A DNA stretch of 64,000 nt from an uncultured Gammaproteobacteria bacterium (GTDB lineage Bacteria > Patescibacteriota > Patescibacteriia > Magasanikbacterales > GWA2-37-8). Shown here one piece after another: positions 56,242 through 64,000 of this stretch (its first letter is position 1; the number at the start of each line of letters is the position of its first letter). The notes under the pieces were generated by a model. It saw only the letters and a program-made list of their open reading frames with translations, did not search any database and had not been told where the DNA came from. Where the stretch lies: positions 19,250 through 83,249 of the forward strand of contig CAZINT010000003.1 of assembly GCA_964540825.1 (NCBI GenBank), written 5' to 3'. Both the position numbers and the translations under genes were made by a program.

Positions 56242-57739
56242 AGCGAACCACCCAGTAAATTAAAATAGCGTACAGGGCAACCATCCCCCACCACGGCAAA
56301 GCAATGTCGAGTGAAGCCCAATTTTTTGAACCAAAGAAAGTAACGACCAGTATAACATATTTAAGTCCCAGACTGGCAACCCAGGCAACTACTTGGCCGA
56401 GCGGAAAATACACAAAACTTATAATGAGCGAAACGAATCCAAGAAGCATGAGCCACGGAATACTCCATAATACTAACACATTCACCAGTGGCGCGACGGT
56501 TGATAACCGACCGAATTGAAACAAAATCAAAGGCAGTGTCGCTATAATCGCCGAAAGTGTGGCAATAAACGTCTCGTAAAATTCTATCAACACAGTTGGC
56601 TTCGTAAGCGTTGGGAATACTTTTTCAAGGAGCGGCGAAACATACACCAAACCAAGCGTGGCTAAAAAGGACAATTGAAAACCAACGTCCCATACGAGTA
56701 CATATGGATTAAGAAGCGTCATGACCGCTGCGGTAAAGACGAGCACGTTACTTATCCGCGATAAGCGCCCGAGCTGACGCGCAATAAGCACGAGACTTCC
56801 CATGATACCTGCCCGCACCACCGACGCAGACGCACCGGTAAAAATAACAAAGAGAAAAATAATCCCCAGGATGAACCAAAACGCTCGACGACGTGACAAG
56901 CCGCCAATCATAAAAAGGCTCGCGAGCACGGTGCCGATGATCGTAATATTAAACCCGGATACGGCAATAATATGTGTAACTCCCGTACGACTAAAATTAG
57001 TTGTTAGCTCAGCCGGCAAACCACTTTTACTGCCATATAAAAGCCCGGCCATAAAACTGGCCTCGGGCTCTGTCCATAGTTTTGCAAGCTGCGTACTGAC
57101 ACGAGCCTTAAAAGACAAAATATGCCGCATGATCACACTGCCGCCTTTGCCGTGTTCGACGCTCATCGATGGATGAGTACACACCGACCAAATATCCTGC
57201 CGGGCTAAATATTTATCATAGCGAAACGTACCATCGTCTGCTACGAACGGTGCTTCGAGTAAACACTTGATACGCAGCTTGTCGCCATACTGAAATGCGG
57301 GATAGGAACGATTTTTTACCAGCATTTTTCCAGCAACTGCGTGATCGATACTATTTTCAGTAATTTTTTGAACCGTTACAACATACTGTGTTTCTCCGAT
57401 TCGCACATCCGGTTCGGCGCTTACGTACCCCGCTACCACAACCGGGCGCCCGTTAAAATACCTTACATACTCAGGAGATTTTACCGGAAAGGTTACCAAA
57501 AACCTAGCCGCACCCAGCATAAAAAATATAAGACCCAAAAAAATAAATCGCATGCTCGGTGTACGCCAAAATATAATTGTAAAAAAACTCGCAACAAAAA
57601 AAGCAACGAAGCAAGGGTACAAAAAATAATTTGTGTCAAAAAATGAAAAACTCGCTGCACCCAGCATAAACAAAAAACAAAACGCTAAGAACGTTTTGCT
57701 TCGTGAAGTAGCTATCCTGGTATATGCCCCCTCAAGCAT
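56216..57739 (-). CDS. ComEC/Rec2 DNA-uptake channel, membrane module (DUF4131 plus competence domain), lacking the MBL domain.
   Basis: 507 aa, about 10-12 TM helices. The N-terminal soluble segment before the TM bundle is consistent with a DUF4131 OB-like region. Confidence 0.6.
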   Translation of the reverse strand: MLEGAYTRIATSRSKTFLAFCFLFMLGAASFSFFDTNYFLYPCFVAFFVASFFTIIFWRTPSMRFIFLGLIFFMLGAARFLVTFPVKSPEYVRYFNGRPVVVAGYVSAEPDVRIGETQYVVTVQKITENSIDHAVAGKMLVKNRSYPAFQYGDKLRIKCLLEAPFVADDGTFRYDKYLARQDIWSVCTHPSMSVEHGKGGSVIMRHILSFKARVSTQLAKLWTEPEASFMAGLLYGSKSGLPAELTTNFSRTGVTHIIAVSGFNITIIGTVLASLFMIGGLSRRRAFWFILGIIFLFVIFTGASASVVRAGIMGSLVLIARQLGRLSRISNVLVFTAAVMTLLNPYVLVWDVGFQLSFLATLGLVYVSPLLEKVFPTLTKPTVLIEFYETFIATLSAIIATLPLILFQFGRLSTVAPLVNVLVLWSIPWLMLLGFVSLIISFVYFPLGQVVAWVASLGLKYVILVVTFFGSKNWASLDIALPWWGMVALYAILIYWVVRYEIKNKNT

Positions 57740-57815
57740 AGTGCGTTATTTTTACCCAATTTCAAAAAATTAATTGCCGACTTCTTCAAAACCGTGCCCG
57801 GCAGTTTTTACCTAT

Positions 57816-58712
57816 TTATTTAACAGCTTCAAAAGCGATATATAATGTTCGGAGCAGCCGATCTCCAATATCGCTGTTCGTAATTGCGACACGTCGCCAG
57901 GCAAACTTAGCGGTACTCGTCGGCTTGTCGCCCGAAAAAATACTCACCGCACCTCTATACCCTGCCTCTTCAGCAATCTCTTTGGTAGTTTCATTGTACA
58001 GACCGAATGGATAGGCTACCGTTGTTATGGGTACACGTAACTCTTTTTCTAAAATCGTTTTACTTTGTTCCAACTGGTACCGTTGCTTTTCTGCCGAAAT
58101 ACTTTTGAGTGATACATGATTCACCGTATGTGATCCGATCTCTACTAGCCCGCTGTTTTCGAGCTCCCGAATCATTGCCCAGGTAAGACTCCCGTGCTTA
58201 CCAATGTCCTGGGTAATCACGTACTCGGTGGCCGGGATATTATACTTTTTAAGAATCGGAAAAACATGCGTATAAAAACTGCGATAGCCATCATCAAAGG
58301 TGAGCACCAACGTCTTGTCAGGCGGGGTCGAACTGGCAGTAAAGAGCTTGAGCGCCTTATCAACAGTCACAAATGTATAACCGCGGTCAAGGAGAAAACT
58401 AACCTGCTGCTCAAAAACACTCGGTAACACAGTAAAACGAAGCTGTTTAAGCGGCGGATGATCGTCCACCTGATGATACATGAGAATACCAAAATGGATA
58501 TCGGGTTTTTTAAGCGGGATAGCCAGGAAGGTCGAAGTAACACTTGTTACCGCATTTTGATACTCCTCAATACTATTGAGATACTCCTCGGCACTCGTAA
58601 GGGACAGCGCACGTGATGCGCGGATTTGTATTTGCACAATAACAATAGTTGCCACGGCAACAATGCCAACAGCGAACGCTGCTAAAAAAATGAGAATGCT
58701 TCTTTTACCCAT
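57816..58712 (-). CDS. Polysaccharide deacetylase (NodB homology domain), membrane-anchored.
   Basis: N-terminal TM helix. LTFDDGYRSFYTHVFPILKKYNIPATEYVI (NodB motifs 1-2) and IGSHTVNH (motif 3-like). Confidence 0.7.
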   Translation of the reverse strand: MGKRSILIFLAAFAVGIVAVATIVIVQIQIRASRALSLTSAEEYLNSIEEYQNAVTSVTSTFLAIPLKKPDIHFGILMYHQVDDHPPLKQLRFTVLPSVFEQQVSFLLDRGYTFVTVDKALKLFTASSTPPDKTLVLTFDDGYRSFYTHVFPILKKYNIPATEYVITQDIGKHGSLTWAMIRELENSGLVEIGSHTVNHVSLKSISAEKQRYQLEQSKTILEKELRVPITTVAYPFGLYNETTKEIAEEAGYRGAVSIFSGDKPTSTAKFAWRRVAITNSDIGDRLLRTLYIAFEAVK

Positions 58713-58736
58713 ACGGACAAGCGCGTGGGGAGCGTA

Positions 58737-61601
58737 TTAAACAACAATACTTACTAATTTTCCTTTGACGTAAATAATTTTTTTCGGTTCCTTGCCTTCG
58801 AGTTTGGCAATAATTTTATCAGTGGCAAGAGCCGCTTTTTTAATTTCATCTTCAGCAAGATCTTTTGACACCATAATTTCGTCACGGACTTTACCGTTTA
58901 CTTGAATTACGAGCGTAAACATATCATCAACAAGCCACTTCGCGTCAGCGGTTGGCCAGGCCGCGAGCGCAACACTTCCTTCGTTATGCAGCACTTCACT
59001 CCAGAGCTCTTCGGCAATATGCGGCGCAAACGGTGCTAAAACTTTAATCAACATTTCATACACTGTTTTGGCAACGTTTGTGAAACCACTTATCTCATTA
59101 ATAAATTCCATCATCTTCGCTACCGACGTATTGAATTTCATTTCATCAATATCCGTTGTAACTTTAGCGACCAAACGATGCGCTAATTTATATTGCTCTT
59201 CAGAAATTTCGGATTCGTCAATCGTAATTTTTTCTTGCAGGTTCCATACTTTCTCAAGGAAGCGATACACACCCACCACACCATTGGTGTTCCAAGCAAC
59301 AGCCTGATCAAACGGACCCATAAACATAATATAGGTACGCAGCGCATCCGCACCAAACTCGGCAACGATTTCATCCGGGTTCACGACGTTGCCGCGGCTT
59401 TTACTCATCTTCTCGCCATCTTCAGCTAGAATGATGCCGTGCGACGTGCGTTTTTTGTACGGCTCAAGCGTGGGCACAAGCCCCTGATCAAACAGAAATT
59501 GATTCCAGAAACGTGAATAGAGCAAATGGAGCACCGTGTGTTCGTTCCCCCCATTATACCAATCAACAGGTGCCCAATATTGTAATTTTTCAGATGCAGC
59601 AAAGGTTGTATCATTATGCGGGTCCATATACCTGAGCCAATACCAACTTGACCCGGCCCAGTTTGGCATGGTGTCAGTTTCGCGCTTGGCCGGACCAGCG
59701 CATGCGGGACAAGTCGTGGTTACCCAATCGGTGATTTTAGAAAGCGGTGACTCACCGGTGTCGGTTGGCTCATACTTTTCTACTTTAGGAAGCGTGAGCG
59801 GCAGCTGATCTTCCGGGACAGGCACATAACCACATTTGTCGCAGATAATAATCGGGATTGGTTCGCCCCAATAGCGCTGGCGCGAAAAAACCCAATCACG
59901 CAGTTTGTAATTAGTTTTGGCAACACCGAATTTCTCGGTAATTTTTTCTCGGGCCTCTTTGGAAGTTAGACCGGAAAACTCTCCGGAATTAATCAAAACA
60001 CCATCGTCAGGCAGCGCCATTCCACCGGATGAAAACCAATTCCATTCAAAAGGTCCGTCAACCACATTGACGAATTTACCAACGCCCGCAGCCGGAATCC
60101 ATACCGGATCATGTTTGTCGCTTTCGACCGCTTCCACCGCATTCTTTGTTTCATCGTCGAGCTCAAAATACAGCGGATGAATTTCGGCATACCGATTTTC
60201 ATCTTTATGCGCTGCATAGTAGGTGGTATGAAACTCAACACCAAGCGATCGAACAAAACGAATATTTGTATACCCTGTTTCCTCCCTAATTTCCCGCTTC
60301 GCTGCCTCAACCACATCTTCTCCCTCTTCTACCCCACCAATAATGAAGGTGTGTGGCAGTCGACTGCCCCAGACCGCACCTTTCCAGGAAAGCATCAAAA
60401 TCGCCCCATCGCTCTTGCGACTGATGACGGCATGCACTGTCTTGCGGCGGACTGTTTTTTTTCCCAGAATGGGAGGGTTAGCTGTTTCAGTAAATAGCGG
60501 TGCAACTACCTGCTTCACGGGTAAATTATATTTTTGCGCAAAATCAAAATCGCGCTCATCGTGCGCGGGCACGCCCATCACTGCGCCCGTACCAACAGTC
60601 GCCAAGACGTAATTAGTAATTAGCACAGGAACAGATTCGCCCGTTGCCGGATTGGCAGCCGTGACACCGGTCATCATACCAGTTTTTTCCGGCTCTTCAC
60701 GCGTGTTCATAACGGCCCTGGCGGCAATGACTTCGTCAATGTAGGCGGTAACCCCGACTGTGGTTTGCCACCCTGCTTCGAGCCATTTTTTGGCAACCTC
60801 GGGGGCAATCGCAATATACGTAACACCGAACAGCGTATCGGGGCGCGTGGTAAAAACGGTTATCGAATATTTTCCATCGGGCTGCCCGGCCACCTGAAGA
60901 GGAAACGTAATTTCGGCGCCCTCGCTTTTGCCGATCCAATTTTGCTGCTGCGCTTTGGCTTCGGGAATATAATTTACTTCTTCAAGCCCTTGCAATAATT
61001 TATCCGCGTACTTGGTAATCGCCAGCATCCATTGTTCTTTGTTGCGCGCTTCTACGGGCGTTCCACAGCGCTCGCAGCAGCCGTTCACCACTTCTTCGTT
61101 GGCTAGACCGATCTTATCTTTTGGGCACCAGTTAATGGGCTGATTTTTTTTGTAAGCAAGACCTGCTTTAAAAAATTGTAAAAATAACCATTGCGTCCAT
61201 TTGTAATATTTAGGGTCAGTTGTATCAATTACACGTGACCAATCAAAACCAAAACCGAGCGACTTTAATTGACGGGTAAACGTAGCAATATTTTCAGCCG
61301 TAACTTCGGCTGGCGGTCGACCGGTTTTAATGGCGTAATTTTCGGTTGGAAGTCCAAAAGCATCAAAACCGATTGGATACAAAACATTAAACCCTTCCAT
61401 TCGTTTTTTGCGCGACACCACGTCCATGGCCGTGAAAGGGCGCGGATGGCCCACATGAAGACCGGCTCCCGATGGGTATGGAAATTCAATCAATGCGTAA
61501 AATTTTTGTCTTTGCACACCATCGCTCGCTGCAAAAGTTTGCTGTGCATCCCAATACTTTTGCCATTTCTTTTCAATCGCCTCGGGGTTGTACTTTTTCA
61601 T
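58737..61601 (-). CDS. leuS: Leucyl-tRNA synthetase carrying an inserted Nudix hydrolase domain.
   Basis: HVGH and KMSKS motifs. Editing-domain markers TTRPDT and AHDERD. Between the editing domain end (..LPVKQVV) and GVLINSGEF there are about 165 aa instead of the roughly 20 in E. coli LeuRS. The insert contains a perfect Nudix box, GGVEEGEDVVEAAKREIREETGY. Confidence 0.9.
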   Translation of the reverse strand: MKKYNPEAIEKKWQKYWDAQQTFAASDGVQRQKFYALIEFPYPSGAGLHVGHPRPFTAMDVVSRKKRMEGFNVLYPIGFDAFGLPTENYAIKTGRPPAEVTAENIATFTRQLKSLGFGFDWSRVIDTTDPKYYKWTQWLFLQFFKAGLAYKKNQPINWCPKDKIGLANEEVVNGCCERCGTPVEARNKEQWMLAITKYADKLLQGLEEVNYIPEAKAQQQNWIGKSEGAEITFPLQVAGQPDGKYSITVFTTRPDTLFGVTYIAIAPEVAKKWLEAGWQTTVGVTAYIDEVIAARAVMNTREEPEKTGMMTGVTAANPATGESVPVLITNYVLATVGTGAVMGVPAHDERDFDFAQKYNLPVKQVVAPLFTETANPPILGKKTVRRKTVHAVISRKSDGAILMLSWKGAVWGSRLPHTFIIGGVEEGEDVVEAAKREIREETGYTNIRFVRSLGVEFHTTYYAAHKDENRYAEIHPLYFELDDETKNAVEAVESDKHDPVWIPAAGVGKFVNVVDGPFEWNWFSSGGMALPDDGVLINSGEFSGLTSKEAREKITEKFGVAKTNYKLRDWVFSRQRYWGEPIPIIICDKCGYVPVPEDQLPLTLPKVEKYEPTDTGESPLSKITDWVTTTCPACAGPAKRETDTMPNWAGSSWYWLRYMDPHNDTTFAASEKLQYWAPVDWYNGGNEHTVLHLLYSRFWNQFLFDQGLVPTLEPYKKRTSHGIILAEDGEKMSKSRGNVVNPDEIVAEFGADALRTYIMFMGPFDQAVAWNTNGVVGVYRFLEKVWNLQEKITIDESEISEEQYKLAHRLVAKVTTDIDEMKFNTSVAKMMEFINEISGFTNVAKTVYEMLIKVLAPFAPHIAEELWSEVLHNEGSVALAAWPTADAKWLVDDMFTLVIQVNGKVRDEIMVSKDLAEDEIKKAALATDKIIAKLEGKEPKKIIYVKGKLVSIVV

Positions 61602-61685
61602 AAATCAAGACTAATCTTCTAAGGTTGAGAATAGGTTTAGTTTACTTAAAAGACGACTTAAAATCAAGCAAAATTGCCGCGGTCC

Positions 61686-62549
61686 TTATTTCTGGCATAC
61701 CCGGCAAAAATGCGTCCCCCGTCCGGCAACCTTTGTTTTTTCAATTATTCCGGTTGTACAGGTTTTACAACGAGCATTTTTGGAGCCATACACTTTAAGG
61801 TGGGCTGAAAAATTTCCTTTGTTCCCTTCGCTATCAATATAATTATTAAAAGTAGTCCCCCGATACTTAATAGCTTTTTTAATAATAGCGTTCGCCGCTT
61901 GGTACAGTTTCTTAATTTCACTCGGTGTTAACGTTGCCGTTCTCCGGGTTGGCAGCACCCCGGCAGCATGACAAATTTCGTCCGCATAAATATTGCCTAT
62001 TCCGGCAATAAACGCCTGATTAAGGAGCAGCGCTTTAATGTTCATTTTTTTAGTTTTAAGCAACTTAGAAAATGCCGCAAACGTAAATTCAGGAGTCAAA
62101 GGCTCTACACCAAAACCCTGAAGCGCTTTTTCTAACCCGAGGGCGTCAGTCAGTTTGAGATAACCGAATTTTCGAAGATCATTAAAAAATAATTTGGAGG
62201 TATCGCTCAAGGTAAAAATAGCGCCGGTAAACTTATCGGGCAATTGTGTGTTCAAAGTTTTAAAACTATGCCCACCGCCGACAATCGTATCTTTAAGTAC
62301 ATACACCAGTTGCCCAGTCATTTTAAGGTGCACCAAGAGAACAGAATCATTTTTTTCAAATCTAAAAATCATGAGCTTGCCCCTGCGGTCAATTTCGATA
62401 ATTTTTTTGCCAATTAAAAATTCAACCAGCTCTTTTGGTTTGCCAGCAGCGACTTTAGGATATAGCGCCTCAAAAGCAGTAATTTTTTTATGCAAAATTT
62501 TCCGGCGCAAATCTTGGCGAATCGTCTCGACTTCTGGCAATTCAGGCAT
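61686..62549 (-). CDS. mutM: Formamidopyrimidine-DNA glycosylase (Fpg/MutM).
   Basis: N-terminal MPELPEVE with the catalytic Pro2-Glu3. H2TH region. C-terminal zinc finger C...C...CRVCQ. Confidence 0.8.
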   Translation of the reverse strand: MPELPEVETIRQDLRRKILHKKITAFEALYPKVAAGKPKELVEFLIGKKIIEIDRRGKLMIFRFEKNDSVLLVHLKMTGQLVYVLKDTIVGGGHSFKTLNTQLPDKFTGAIFTLSDTSKLFFNDLRKFGYLKLTDALGLEKALQGFGVEPLTPEFTFAAFSKLLKTKKMNIKALLLNQAFIAGIGNIYADEICHAAGVLPTRRTATLTPSEIKKLYQAANAIIKKAIKYRGTTFNNYIDSEGNKGNFSAHLKVYGSKNARCKTCTTGIIEKTKVAGRGTHFCRVCQK

Positions 62550-62609
62550 ACAAAAATCTAAAATAAAAAAAGCCGCAGCCTACAAAAAGTTACCGCGGCT
62601 TTTTAGCTG

Positions 62610-62933
62610 TTACACTAAATGTTTATTGATCATTTCCTGTAATTTTTCTTTCTGCACACCGCCCACAACTTGATCAACGACTTTTCCATCTTTAAAGAGA
62701 AGGAATGTTGGAATACTGAGCACATTGTACTGTCCCGCAGTGTTTGGATTTTCGTCAACGTTTACTTTGCCAATAGCAATATTTTTACCCTCGTATTCAT
62801 GGCTCAGTGTTTCGACAATCGGCCCCATCATTTGGCAAGGACCGCACCATGGCGCCCAGAAATCAACAAAAACAAATTTGTCAGATTTTAAAACTTCGGC
62901 TTCAAAATTTGCGTCTGTAAAAATGTGTTCCAT
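62610..62933 (-). CDS. trxA: Thioredoxin.
   Basis: 107 aa. WAPWCGPC active site. Confidence 0.85.
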   Translation of the reverse strand: MEHIFTDANFEAEVLKSDKFVFVDFWAPWCGPCQMMGPIVETLSHEYEGKNIAIGKVNVDENPNTAGQYNVLSIPTFLLFKDGKVVDQVVGGVQKEKLQEMINKHLV

Positions 62934-62962
62934 ATTTTTATAGTAATTTTAGTATAAATACT

Positions 62963-63466
62963 TCATCTCTTTTTTCCCAAAATCCCAGCGGACAACTCCT
63001 GTAAGGAAGGCTCCTCTGGAGAAACCTCTATGTCATCTTCAGACAGTTCAGTAATTTCGTCTCCTCCTTCTTCAACAACTACATCGCTTTCTGAAATAAA
63101 TTCAGAACATAATTTTTGAATTTCTCCTTCCCGTTTTTTTGTCCAGGAAGTAACGGCTTCAGACCATATCCAGTAAATATGCTTTTCTCCACTAGTTGCG
63201 GTCCTGGTCGGCGAGTCTACTTTTGAGAGTAAAAATTTTACAACTTCCTGCAAAGAAGATGATGAGCGTAAAACCGCCGCCACCACACCCTCCGCAGAAG
63301 ACATTTCTTTAAGTTCAGCATCAGATACATCCATTCGCTTGGCAATTTCGAGCCCTCCCTCCAATATATGGCTCATACTACTCGCAACACCGCGCACATC
63401 TGAACTTCTTACATATGTAGCACCCGTTAGAGCGGCAAATTTGTTGGTTAGAATACCCGATTTCAT
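62963..63466 (-). CDS. Hypothetical protein with acidic C-terminal tail, downstream of infB.
   Basis: ORF track 167 aa. Not RbfA-like by sequence. Confidence 0.4.
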   Translation of the reverse strand: MKSGILTNKFAALTGATYVRSSDVRGVASSMSHILEGGLEIAKRMDVSDAELKEMSSAEGVVAAVLRSSSSLQEVVKFLLSKVDSPTRTATSGEKHIYWIWSEAVTSWTKKREGEIQKLCSEFISESDVVVEEGGDEITELSEDDIEVSPEEPSLQELSAGILGKKR

Positions 63467-63477
63467 AAAACTTATTT

Positions 63478-64000
63478 CTAAGATAATATGAGTTTCTTCT
63501 CTTTTTTCTCTTCTTTATAACACTGGATAATATCTCCTTCTTCGATTTTTACCTTACCGTCATATTGTACACCACCTTCATTGCCTTCGGGAAGTTCATT
63601 CACGGATTGTTTGCCGCTCTGAAGCGCTGAGATTTTACCGAGACCGATGATTTGGCCGTCACGCTTGATGCGCGCTTTGGTATCTTTAAACAATTTGCCG
63701 CTTTCCACGCGCCCACCAACGATCATAGAATTTTTTGCTGTGCGGAAAATTGCCAAAACTTTAAGGTTACCAAGTTCAGTCGTGATAAATTCCGGATTAA
63801 GCATTTTTTCGAGCTCATCTTTGACTTCGTCAAACAAATCGTAGATAACTTTATATTCTTTGAAACGCACACCGGTTTTCTGAATCATTTCCTGAGCAAT
63901 CGGAGTTTTGGTTACATTGAAGGCAAAGAGCGTTGCATTCGCCGTCTCCGCAGTTGTCACGTCATCGGCCATAATGTTGCCGAGGCCCTTACCGACCACG
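63478..64000 (-). CDS. infB: Translation initiation factor IF-2, C-terminal portion. The N-terminus lies beyond the window end.
   Basis: YKVIYDLFDEVKDELEKML...GGRVESGKL matches the IF-2 C-terminal beta-barrel domains. The frame is open at 64000. Confidence 0.75.
   Translation of the reverse strand, partial: VVGKGLGNIMADDVTTAETANATLFAFNVTKTPIAQEMIQKTGVRFKEYKVIYDLFDEVKDELEKMLNPEFITTELGNLKVLAIFRTAKNSMIVGGRVESGKLFKDTKARIKRDGQIIGLGKISALQSGKQSVNELPEGNEGGVQYDGKVKIEEGDIIQCYKEEKKEKKLILS

Noticed and set aside
62562-62606. Possible terminator after trxA (AGCCGC...GCGGCT with a 20-nt loop).
   Set aside because: The loop is too long for a confident intrinsic terminator. Left uncalled.

Overview
This 64 kb window comes from a low-GC bacterial genome (roughly 40-45% GC by eye). 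Genes are compact, and from about 15 kb onward nearly all lie on the minus strand.

Housekeeping genes present: groES and groEL behind a CIRCE operator, nusA, yidC, leuS, mutM/fpg, trxA, prfB (RF2), rsmA/ksgA, tsaC/yrdC, and the C-terminal part of infB. Two class-II tRNA-Ser-type genes sit at 18.9-19.1 kb.

Accessory content includes:
- A MarR regulator upstream of a heterodimeric ABC exporter, one subunit of which carries a degenerate ATP site.
- A diverged Nramp-family metal transporter.
- A minus-strand operon that reads VirB6/TrbL-like, two hypotheticals, VirB3-like, a VirB4 split into N-terminal and ATPase genes, a membrane-anchored protein, then ComFC. No coupling protein or relaxase is present in the window.
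- A 2642-aa Cys-rich secreted giant protein next to a protein with thrombospondin-type-3 (TSP3)-like Ca-binding repeats.
- A ComEC split into a membrane-channel gene and a metallo-beta-lactamase-domain gene, with a methyltransferase between them.
- A partial secreted protein combining a phospholipase-C-like domain with a lamin-tail domain.
- A LeuRS carrying a complete Nudix hydrolase domain inserted after its editing domain.

Five short stretches are clearly GC-rich, with very high third-position GC, strong GGAGG-type Shine-Dalgarno sites, and AT-rich flanks: 2.9-5.8 kb, 21.1-22.3 kb, 31.9-33.4 kb, 44.8-45.2 kb and 52.0-52.4 kb. They look like islets acquired from a high-GC donor.

The overall pattern (giant surface protein, lamin-tail-domain proteins, competence genes, T4SS-like operon, small membrane DUF proteins) fits a reduced episymbiotic Patescibacteria/CPR-type lineage. 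That is inference only. The presence of an unframeshifted RF2 argues for the standard genetic code.

No rRNA, CRISPR array, integrase or transposase was recognised.
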